DNA of 64,000 nt, taken from an uncultured Nitrospiraceae bacterium (GTDB lineage: Bacteria; Nitrospirota; Thermodesulfovibrionia; Thermodesulfovibrionales; SM23-35). A program made the position numbers and the translations under genes. The DNA is taken from positions 96,001 through 160,000 of the forward strand of contig CAVSHB010000001.1 in NCBI GenBank assembly GCA_963727775.1. Direction: 5' to 3'. Below are positions 37,171 to 45,945 of the stretch, one piece after another. Positions within the stretch are counted from its first letter, which is position 1, and each line of letters opens with the position of its first letter. Below the pieces are notes generated by a model. The model worked only from the letters and a program-made list of their open reading frames with translations, did not search any database and was not told where the DNA came from.

Positions 37171-39152
37171 GGGTTTAATCCCTTCACCTTCTTCTCGCGA
37201 TTAAAAGTGATCGCCCTGCGCGCACTCCACCTACGACTATTGATTGTCAGGATGCAAGAACTTCTGAGAATTCACAGAAGTAGAAATGCGCACGCACCTT
37301 GCAGAGCATGCAGGCTCCCGATTCTGGCCTTATTTTCTAAAGGAATATATACCCGGGCGTGCATTAACAGCGGATATCAGGTTCTGTGCTTCCTCATTTT
37401 TATCCTTGTCAGAAGAAATAGCTCGTGTATATTTTTTAACCGCTTGCCAAACATTTAGGCACTTCACCTGAAGGGCTGAGTCATATTCCAATATAGAAAA
37501 ATAATCCTTGGTTGCATTTTGAACAATTGCAAATAGTTCAAAATCATTAACATATGTAAATATATGATTATTGATATTCTTGGCATGGGAAGGGATATTC
37601 TTGTCATCTACATAAAACCGAAAATGAATAACATAATCAACATCATTGGCCGTTGTAGTCATAGCCTTAGGAGAAAAGTGGTGAGTAACTGCATTCCTTA
37701 TTCCATCCCAAAAAAGCAGGGGATATTTTTTATAGTCATCTGGGAATAATTTTTCAATAAATAACTTAACATTTTCTTGTGCGTTGTAACCGCTTTTGTC
37801 GTATTTAGTCTTTCCGCAATACAATGCCGATATAAATTCAAGATGAGCGTAAATCAAAATTGGGACAGAAACATTTCCTCCGCCTGGGAATGGTTTTGCT
37901 AACCTAAAATTGACCAGCAAAAGGGGTTAATGATAACCGAAAATTGACCACCCCGGGCACATCTCCTCATGATAAGGTGGGGCGAAATTTAAAGTCGCCC
38001 CATTTTTATGTCGAGGAGGAAAGGAGTGCTCAATATGGATCAGTATGAATTGGTTAGGACGGGTTATCGGGTGTACGGACAAAATATCAGCGAACTGGCA
38101 AGATTGACGGGCCATTCACGAAACACGATCAAAAAAGCCATACGCGGTGAGCCCTGGGGGTACAAGGAACGGAAGCATCAGCCGTTTCCTGCTCTTGGCA
38201 ATTACATGGCTACTATTGATAGCTGGCTTAAGAATGACAAGGACAAGCCGAAGAAGCAGCGGCATACGGCACGCCGGATATACAGTCGTTTGGTGGATGA
38301 GCATGGCTATAAAGGGTGTGAATCCACTCTACGGCGCTATGTAAAACTTGCGAAGATAACTTTCGGCATCGAAAGCCCTCAAGCCTTTATCCCATGCAAC
38401 CCGGAGTCTGGCAATGAAGCGGAAGTTGACTGGGGAATAGCGACGGCAATCATAGCAGGGGAAGAACACCGGCTGAAGTTTTTCTGCATGCGGAGCAAAT
38501 ATTCCGGCAAGCACTTTGTACGTTTCTATCGTTGTGAACGGCAACAGGCATTTCTGGATGCTCACATCCATGCGTTTGCCTTTTATGGCGGCATATTTCC
38601 GGTACTCATCTATGACAATTTAACGACGGCGGTGCAGAAGGTGCTGCGCGTGAGGGGCCGCATTGAGCAAGAAGGCTTCAGCAAGTTCAGGGCCTACTAC
38701 AGCTTTGAAGCCCGGTTTTGCAATCCCGACAGCGGGCATGAGAAAGGGGGCGTTGAAGGGCTGGTGGGTTATGCACGGCGCAATTACATGGTACCCATCC
38801 CAGAAGCCGACAGCCTGGAAGAGCTGAACGATAGAGTCCTTGGGCAGTGCTTTGATTATGGGGAGCACAGGATGGCGGGTCGTGACCGGACAGTTAACGA
38901 ATTATACGAAGGGGAGAAAGAGCGTCTTCTTACCCTTCCCGAAGCTGTGTTCAGCAATATACAGACATCAGGCAGCCGGGCCGACAAATATGCCACGGTC
39001 ATTGTGGACAAGAACCGATATTCCGTCCCAAGCGGGTATGCTGGGTTCAGAGTGAAGGTACTGCTCCATGCTGACAGGGTGGAGATATTTACAGGTACAA
39101 AGAAGTTGACTTCGCATGAGCGGTTGTACGGTAACAACAAATGGAGTCTCAA

Positions 39153-40998
39153 CGTATTTTCTTTTATGAAAACACCCATAAATGCTTATATTACAATAGA
39201 TTACCGTGTATTTGGCTTTCAAATGTAGCCATATAATATAGCATTTTATAGTTGACATAGTGGTAATCATATCCTATAATAGTAGCCATGCCATTTAAAA
39301 AGAAGCCACGCCCCCATCTCGAAATACAGACTTCCGGCAATAAGCACTACGGCGTTATTCGCACTACCTTCCGTGAGAAGGGCGAAATCAGGCACACGAC
39401 ACATGGGACCATTAAGGATATGAGTCTTGAACAACTAAAGCTCATACAGGCCGCCTTCAGGGGCGATGTGCTGGTAAAGGGTTCAGCCGACGCTCACAAA
39501 ATCGCGGAATCGAAAGAGTACGGCGCTTCCTATGCGGTATTGCAGTTGGCGAAGGAATTAGAGTTGGACAAGATGATTTATTCGAGATATTCCGAGCAGT
39601 GGGTTAAAGACTGTCTTGCCATGATAATCGGCCGTTTAGTATATAGCGGCAGCAAGCTGGCTTTATCGCACAGATGGGAGGACACGGCATTATGGGAACT
39701 CTGCGGGATAGAAGGGCCGGTTGACGTAGATAAGCATTGTTATGAGCCTATGGATCGTCTTTTACAGAGGCAGGATGCCATCCAAAGTACATTGGCGAAA
39801 AAGCATCTCCGAAACGGCGCGCTTGTGCTTTACGATATAACCAGCAGTTATTTTGAGGGCGAGTATGAAGACAGTGAGATCGTTAAATTCGGATATAACC
39901 GGGACGGCAAGCGGGGGCATGAACAGATGGTGATAGGGCTGCTTTGCAGTCCCGAGGGGTGCCCTGTGGGTGTGGAAGTTTTCCCTGGGAATACTCAGGA
40001 TGCTCAAACGGTACCCGATAAAATAGCTGAGGTGCAGAAAAAATATGGGATCCAGGAGATAATCTTTGTAGGTGATCGTGGAATGGTTACTCATGCCAAT
40101 TACGAAAAGGTTAAGGATGTAAAAGGGCTCAATATAATATCGGCATTAACACACCACCAGATAAAAGAGCTACTGGAACGCAAGGTGATTCAGATCGATA
40201 TGTTTGATGAAAAGGAGATTATTGAAGTAGTGGATCCTGAGGCGATAGGACGGCGATACTGCTTATGCCGCAATCCAAAGACCGCTACAAGGGAAGCTGT
40301 GACACGCAAAGGCTTGATTGAGGTCACCAGAAAGGCATTGGATAGCATAGCCCAATCAAAACGGAAGTCGTCAAACGAGAAGATAGCGGCAAGGGTGGGG
40401 AAGGTTCTGGGAAAGTGGAAGACAGGTAAATTTGTAGAGTGGTCAGTACAGGATGGACGTCTCACATGGAAATTAAAAACAGAGAAGATCGAGACTGAGG
40501 AATTGATTGACGGCTGTTACATCATTGCCTCCGATGTTCCTGCCGGGCTGATGGCAAAGCAGGCAATAGTGGCATCATATAAAAAGCTTGCTCTTGTAGA
40601 ACAGGCGTTTCGGAACTTAAAGAGCGTACAGCTTGAGGTGCGGCCCGTTTATCACAAGACCGACGACCGAATCCGCTGTCATGTGTTTCTTTGCATGCTT
40701 GCCTACTACTTGCAGTGGCATATGAATCAGAGACTAAAGCCTCTGTTTCAGTCTGACGGAAAAAATAAACACCGCAGATGGACATTTGAGTATGTGATTG
40801 AGAGATTAAAGAGCCTGAGAAGGCAGAGACTTCAAGTGCAGGGCTCTTCGTGCCGAATTGTTTGCACCCCGGATAACAGTCAGCAAAAGATTCTTGATCT
40901 GCTCAAGGTAAAATTGTAGCCATTTTCTTGAAATTAGAAATCGCCTTCAAATCATTGCAGCATATGGAGTTCCTCGTAGTTTTTAAAAAGAAAATACG
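39153..40998 (+). mobile_element. IS1634-family element, 1846 bp
   Basis: 13-bp perfect IR CGTATTTTCTTTT; TSD TCTCAA at 39147-39152 and 40999-41004. Confidence 0.92.
39288..40919 (+). CDS. IS1634-family transposase, intact
   Basis: LYDITSSYFEG, GYNRDGK, VGDRGM, VEQAFRNLK, RPVYH. Confidence 0.92.
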   Translation: MPFKKKPRPHLEIQTSGNKHYGVIRTTFREKGEIRHTTHGTIKDMSLEQLKLIQAAFRGDVLVKGSADAHKIAESKEYGASYAVLQLAKELELDKMIYSRYSEQWVKDCLAMIIGRLVYSGSKLALSHRWEDTALWELCGIEGPVDVDKHCYEPMDRLLQRQDAIQSTLAKKHLRNGALVLYDITSSYFEGEYEDSEIVKFGYNRDGKRGHEQMVIGLLCSPEGCPVGVEVFPGNTQDAQTVPDKIAEVQKKYGIQEIIFVGDRGMVTHANYEKVKDVKGLNIISALTHHQIKELLERKVIQIDMFDEKEIIEVVDPEAIGRRYCLCRNPKTATREAVTRKGLIEVTRKALDSIAQSKRKSSNEKIAARVGKVLGKWKTGKFVEWSVQDGRLTWKLKTEKIETEELIDGCYIIASDVPAGLMAKQAIVASYKKLALVEQAFRNLKSVQLEVRPVYHKTDDRIRCHVFLCMLAYYLQWHMNQRLKPLFQSDGKNKHRRWTFEYVIERLKSLRRQRLQVQGSSCRIVCTPDNSQQKILDLLKVKL

Positions 40999-41373
40999 TC
41001 TCAAGCCGGACCATTATCTTGACCTAATTCAGCAACGGCCACTGGCTTTCAATAGTGCCCGGCCTATCCAGCAATGGCGGAAAAGCTGGCCGCAGTCCCT
41101 GCACCTTCTTTTAGAGCGGTTTTGCAGGGCACAGGGCGAAACAAACGGGATCAAGGACTTTATAACCGTTCTCATGTTTTATCGGGACTATAAGGCCGGC
41201 GAGATTGAAGCGGCAGTCGAGTTGGCCATAGAGAACAGCCTCAGCACCAGTGATGGGGTAAACCACATTCTCACCTACACCGGCAGCACCGACACGCCTA
41301 TCGCACCTTTACCGTCATGGCCCACGCTGCCACCTCCGGACTTAGCGGTTTATGCCCAGTTGGGAGGTGTCCA

Positions 41374-42147
41374 ATGAAAACCGGTGCATTAATAGAGTTA
41401 CAGGAGAATCTCAAAACACTGAATCTATCTGCCATGGCTCGCAACATGGAGGGGTTCGTGCGACAGGCCCGGGAAACCGGAATCGGCTATGACGAGTTTA
41501 TATTGAACCTGACCATTGCCGAATTGCAAGCCAGATCAGAAAGCAGGTTGAACCGTCGTATCAGGGAGGCAAAGTTCCCACTTATCAAGCCTCTGGAGAC
41601 CTTTGATCTTGCAGCGGTTCCTGAACTGGATCTTCGGCTCTTTCGGGAGCTTACAGGAGAAAGTTATATCAAAGAACATCGCAACGTCATTTTCCTTGGA
41701 AAAAGCGGTGTTGGGAAGACTCATATGGCCACAGCCCTGGGGATCGAAGCCTGTAAGAACAACTTCAGGACACGGTTTGTAACCTGTTACGGCCTGGTCA
41801 ATGAACTTATCGAAGCAAGACAGGAGAGGACATTGCAGCGTCTTATCCAAAGGTATGTCCGCTATGATCTGCTTATCCTTGACGAACTCGGATATGTCCC
41901 TTTTTCCAAGGAAGGATCGGAACTGCTTTTTCAGGTCCTGGCGGAAAGACACGAGAAAGGATCCGTGATGATCACAACCAACCTGGGGTTTGCTGACTGG
42001 ACCCAGATATTTGGCGATCAGGTAATGACTGCGGCGCTGCTGGACCGGCTGACCCATAGAGCCCATATCATCAACTGTACTTGGGATAGCTATCGGCTGA
42101 AGCAGAGTCTTAAAGAAAAAAGAAAACATGCAGGGAAGGAGAAATAA
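41374..42147 (+). CDS. istB: IS21 helper ATPase IstB
   Basis: GKSGVGKTH, LILDELGY, ALLDRLTH; ATGA overlap with the istA stop. Confidence 0.95.
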   Translation: MKTGALIELQENLKTLNLSAMARNMEGFVRQARETGIGYDEFILNLTIAELQARSESRLNRRIREAKFPLIKPLETFDLAAVPELDLRLFRELTGESYIKEHRNVIFLGKSGVGKTHMATALGIEACKNNFRTRFVTCYGLVNELIEARQERTLQRLIQRYVRYDLLILDELGYVPFSKEGSELLFQVLAERHEKGSVMITTNLGFADWTQIFGDQVMTAALLDRLTHRAHIINCTWDSYRLKQSLKEKRKHAGKEK

Positions 42148-42148
42148 C

Positions 42149-42400
42149 ATGGAAACCACAGTGTATAATCCCCAAAAAGGCAGACTGGAAACAATTGAAG
42201 TAGAGTTTACGAGTAACAATACGACCTGGTTCAGCAATTGCAAGAGTCCCAGAGATATCTCGATGATAACAGATTTTGCCGGTGATATTCTGATCAGTGA
42301 ATTCGACTATAGCCATCCAATAAGGATCTACGATATATCGAGGACTGACATTGGCTATAACCAGAAAAAAGCGAGGCAATTGAGGCGCCAGTACGAATAA
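42149..42400 (+). CDS. Hypothetical passenger gene inside IS21
   Basis: 83 aa; SD AAGGAG; starts 1 bp after the istB stop; lies inside the right IR. Confidence 0.7.
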   Translation: METTVYNPQKGRLETIEVEFTSNNTTWFSNCKSPRDISMITDFAGDILISEFDYSHPIRIYDISRTDIGYNQKKARQLRRQYE

Positions 42401-42897
42401 CGGAAAATTCGGGCTTCACCAGAAGCTCTACAATCGCTCATTTCAGGGTAAGCCATATCTTGGCATCCCCTGAAATGAGCTCCTTCAGACGAATTTGAAG
42501 TTGGGAATCGTTGAAATAGGCAGGATGATCACCCCTCATTATCCGGAATTATGAATCGCTCAGGGGTGGTCAAAATTCGGTTATCACAGGTGGTCAATTT
42601 TCGGTTGCTTTTTCGATGGGAATTTAGTTTTATCATCGGATATGTGTTTTTCTATTCCTTCTAAGAAAGTTTTGATATCTCCTATCTGACATTCAAGCCA
42701 ATCACAACATTCTTTAATCTCTTGCTCCATACACTCTCACCCTCCAAGAAAATTTATCCGATATCTTTATGAAATTATGTAGATTATCGCCTGTACTGAA
42801 CACAATTATATCAAACCGTTCGGATGTTTGTTCCAGGAAGTTATGTGCCTGTCGGAGCTCTCTGGAATTCTGCATTTCTTTCGTGCCAACAATACCG

Positions 42898-43829
42898 GGG
42901 TCAGGTCTATATTGTTTACCTTTGCTTTTTCCCGCGCAATATTCTGCTCACGTATGTGAAGTGCATACCAAGGTGATTGGCGACCGAACGTTGAGTGTAT
43001 CCGTGCTTCTCAATGGCCTCGGCTATCTTCCTATCCCGCTTGCGTTTGTCTCTGAGTATACTCTCAGTGAATATTTTGTCAAGCTCAGGACGGTTGGCAA
43101 ACCGCTGGCTCTTGGGTATCGCAGGAACATCCCTGTGTCTTTTAAGATGATCGCTCAGACTGGCGACAAAATCGTCTTCACCGAGAATCGATTGGCACTT
43201 AACTTCATTCCAGATTGTCTCTTTACCGATCCCACATTTGACAAACTGGCGGTATTCTTTCTCTGCTTCGGCTCTTGTTCGGCTGAATTGGCCGAGCACC
43301 CAGTCTATAGTAAGACAAGGCTGGAGCTGTTCCTTACCCGCTGTTGTCCGATAGCTGGACCATTTCCAATCGTCAAGTCTTTCGACCGTTCTTGCGCGGA
43401 TGGGATTCAGCACCACATAACGGCATACTTCAAGGAGATGGCTGTCTTTTTGAATAAGAATGGCCTTATACCTGCCTTGGAAGAGATGTCCGGTTTTTTG
43501 GTAGCGTTTGTTCCGCGCCTGAGTAAAAACGCCGTTTAATTGCCTCATGCCTATGGAGAGATTGCCATCGGGGTTTCGACGAGTAGGTGATAGTGGTTGT
43601 CCATGAGGCAGTAAGCGTGGCAAAGCCAGTAGTAGCGTTTATTGACATGGGCGAGGGTACTGAGAAATGTTTCCCGGTCTGTATCGTCTTTGAACACGGT
43701 CTTTTTATCATTTCCTCTGCTGGTAATGTGATACACAGCGCCAGGGTATTCAATGCGGAGCGGGCGGGCGGGCCATGAAGAGAGCTTAGCAGATGTTTAG
43801 ATAAAAGTCAAACAATATAGACCTGACCC
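42898..43829 (-). mobile_element. IR-bounded element carrying a RAYT-like HUH (Y1) transposase pseudogene (42916-43776)
   Basis: MARP-LRIEYPGAVYHITSRGN, CLMDNHYHLL, GHLFQGRY, YVVLNP, WKWSSY, C-terminal HTH; two frameshifts; perfect 20-bp IR GGGTCAGGTCTATATTGTTT. Confidence 0.85.
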
Positions 43830-43915
43830 TACTAAAATGGTCCTAATTATATCAGAGTTAACGGGTGCGTGTTCCAAGGAAGGATCTCATTCCGAAATTT
43901 GTATTTGAATGAAAT

Positions 43916-44065
43916 TTACTTCGACTTTTTCTTTTTGAGCCCGAGAAAGAGAAGCGCCGCAGCGCCCACTCCGATGAGAGTGCGAGCAACCACGCCGGAT
44001 ATTACAACCCCCTTCTTAAGAACGGTTGTCAGTTTATTTCCGGTCTTCTTCGTTTCTTCGTTCAT
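43916..44065 (-). CDS. Possible small membrane protein (49 aa)
   Basis: One hydrophobic segment and a basic tail; weak start signals. Confidence 0.4.
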   Translation of the reverse strand: MNEETKKTGNKLTTVLKKGVVISGVVARTLIGVGAAALLFLGLKKKKSK

Positions 44066-44369
44066 ATTGGCCAGGTGATTATTCCACAATTTCACTCTGA
44101 TGCGGACAGGCTGAGATAGCAAATATCATTTGTAATCCTCACTTCTTGAGAGTATACCACGTGTGAGTAGAAGAGGAAGTAAGCTTGTCCTGTCCCATCT
44201 GACAGCTGGTTTACGTATTTCAATATGGGAATATACCGATTTAATTAAACCTTAAGACAAATGGGAAGCAATGTGAGGCAGTTTGCCTTTAATTATTGAT
44301 ATGATAAACTCGATTACAATAAGAGATCGAAATCTTATAAATCTGTTGGGGTGTAAAGGAGGAAGTAAA

Positions 44370-44906
44370 ATGAAGAAATTTATGTCACTTATCTTCGTGG
44401 TTCTTTTAGGGCTGGCAATAGGTCCTTTAGCCGCCAGTTCCGGAGAGCAGCAGATGGGCTCTGTCACCCACTCCAAGGACTTTGAAAAAATGAAGGAACT
44501 GGTGGGTGTTTGGGAAGGCACAACGGATATGGGAAAGGGGATGGTGTCAATCAAAGCCACCTATGAACTCACCTCAGCGGGGAATGCTATCGTTGAGAGG
44601 CTCTTTGTCGGACTTCCTCATGAGATGGTTACGGTCTATTATGATTACAATGGGAAGTTAGCTATGACCCACTACTGCTCGTTGGGAAACCAGCCGCATA
44701 TGGAACTCATGAACCCTGGTAAAACCAATATGCTGTTTGTCCTATCCAAAAAGAATCCCAACCTTTCCTCAGTGAAGGAAACCCATATGCACTCACTCAA
44801 CATTTCTTTCGATACCAAGGACACTATCACTCACACCTGGTCTCTTTATGAAAAGGGGAAGAAAAAATCAGATTCTGTGATCAAATTAACGCGCACCAAA
44901 ACCTAA
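44370..44906 (+). CDS. Exported hypothetical protein
   Basis: Signal peptide MKKFMSLIF..., THYCSLGNQP, HMH motifs; SD AAGGAGG. Confidence 0.8.
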   Translation: MKKFMSLIFVVLLGLAIGPLAASSGEQQMGSVTHSKDFEKMKELVGVWEGTTDMGKGMVSIKATYELTSAGNAIVERLFVGLPHEMVTVYYDYNGKLAMTHYCSLGNQPHMELMNPGKTNMLFVLSKKNPNLSSVKETHMHSLNISFDTKDTITHTWSLYEKGKKKSDSVIKLTRTKT

Positions 44907-44987
44907 CAAAGTTTTACTGAACAAGCGTAAGGCTGGATGAATTTTGAATTACTAGATTAGAGATAGGCTTGTCGTTTATTTCAATCT

Positions 44988-45764
44988 TTAATGGGGCTTA
45001 CTCTCCTTCTTTTTTGCCTCGTCCCATAGTTTGTCCATTTCAGCCAATGTCATCTCGGACAAGGTCTTCCCTTGTTCCGCGGCGTTCATCTCGATGTAAC
45101 GGAAGCGGTGGATAAACTTGCTTATTGTCCTTCTCAGGGCGTCTTCAGGATTGACGCTGATGAACCGTGAGAGGTTGACGAGCATGAACAATATGTCACC
45201 CAGTTCTTCTTCCATGTCAATCCGGTCTTTTGTTTTAAGCGCTTCTTTTAGTTCGTCCATTTCTTCATCAATCTTGAGTAAGACATCGTCGATCTTTTCC
45301 CAGTCGAAACCGACCTGCGCGGCCCTCTTTTGGAGCCTGTGCGCGCGGAGGAGGGAGGACATGGCTTTCGGTACACCCTCAAGGATGGACTCCCGCAGCT
45401 TCCCCTCTTTCTTCTTCAGAACTTCCCACTGCTTAAGAACCTCTTCAGGGGTCCTGCACTCCGCCTCTCCGAATACATGGGGATGACGGTCTATCATCTT
45501 CTTGCCGATCCCATCGATTACGTCGGACATTTCGAATTCGCCGTTTTCCTTTGCAAGCTGACACTGGAATACAATCTGGAAAAGAAGATCTCCGAGTTCT
45601 TCTTTTATCTTGCCGGCGTCATTCTCTTCAATCGCTTCATAGAGTTCATATGCCTCTTCGATGATGTACGGTTTGACAGAATCTCTTGATTGCTTCTTGT
45701 CCCAGGGGCATCCCTTTTCACCCCTGAGCGCTTCCATTATTTTGATCAGTTCCTGAAGTTCCAT
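44988..45764 (-). CDS. mazG: Nucleoside triphosphate pyrophosphohydrolase MazG
   Basis: GCPWD, EEAYE, EELGDLL, RHPHVF, second EELGD. Confidence 0.96.
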   Translation of the reverse strand: MELQELIKIMEALRGEKGCPWDKKQSRDSVKPYIIEEAYELYEAIEENDAGKIKEELGDLLFQIVFQCQLAKENGEFEMSDVIDGIGKKMIDRHPHVFGEAECRTPEEVLKQWEVLKKKEGKLRESILEGVPKAMSSLLRAHRLQKRAAQVGFDWEKIDDVLLKIDEEMDELKEALKTKDRIDMEEELGDILFMLVNLSRFISVNPEDALRRTISKFIHRFRYIEMNAAEQGKTLSEMTLAEMDKLWDEAKKKESKPH

Positions 45765-45800
45765 TTTAGCCTATATCATTTATAAATATTTTACTCTATA

Positions 45801-45905
45801 CGGAGCAGATGCAGTACCAGAGCGGCTTTATCCCGATTTGGTCGGGATACCTCGGAGGTCCGCAAAAGCGGACCGAGAATGAGCGATGGTACTGCATCTG
45901 CTCCG
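45801..45905 (-). repeat. Structured three-way-junction element, copy 3
   Basis: Perfect 19-bp outer stem CGGAGCAGATGCAGTACCA; minus-strand core CGCTCATTCTCGGTCC...GGACCTCCGAGGTA...AAAGCCGC. Confidence 0.85.
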
Positions 45906-45945
45906 ATTGTCCATGCTTTATGAATATCCGGGTTAGAAATAACCG

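Larger units (their letters stand above)
38035..41377 (+). pseudogene. istA: IS21 transposase IstA split by IS1634 (38035-39152 plus 41005-41377)
   Basis: EAEVDWG, YDNL, EKGGVE DDE motifs; rejoined frame reads KWSL-KPDHYL, 496 aa. Confidence 0.9.
37891..42616 (+). mobile_element. IS21-family element with 6-bp target duplication TGGGAA
   Basis: Repeated AACC(G/T)AAAATTGACCA motifs at both ends in inverted orientation; TSD at 37885-37890 and 42617-42622. Confidence 0.92.
37330..42730 (-). pseudogene. HEPN-motif protein (about 222 aa) interrupted by IS21; segments 42617-42730 and 37330-37884
   Basis: Removing the IS and one TGGGAA copy restores the frame MEQEIKE...KTKFP-GGGNVS...; RNAVTH (RxxxxH) motif; SD GGAGG. 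Confidence 0.8.

Noticed and set aside
37171..37329. Possible ncRNA between the aminotransferase and the HEPN-motif gene
   Set aside because: Only a short hairpin (ACTTCTG/CAGAAGT); no recognisable family
40928..41004. Independent start for the 149-aa ORF
   Set aside because: It is the istA C-terminus; the apparent N-terminus comes from the IS1634 right end
41536..42243. 235-aa ORF antisense to istB
   Set aside because: Shadow of a well-supported gene
42436..42480. CGCTCATTTC hairpin as a fourth copy of the junction element
   Set aside because: Simple hairpin lacking the CCTYCGAGG and AANCCGC core
42769..43539. 256-aa plus-strand ORF
   Set aside because: Antisense to the RAYT-like pseudogene; no recognisable motifs
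4869..45905. Three-copy element as CRISPR repeats, tRNA, hammerhead ribozyme or plain terminator
   Set aside because: Copies are dispersed without spacers or cas genes; no cloverleaf; no CUGAUGA/GAAA core; no U-tract
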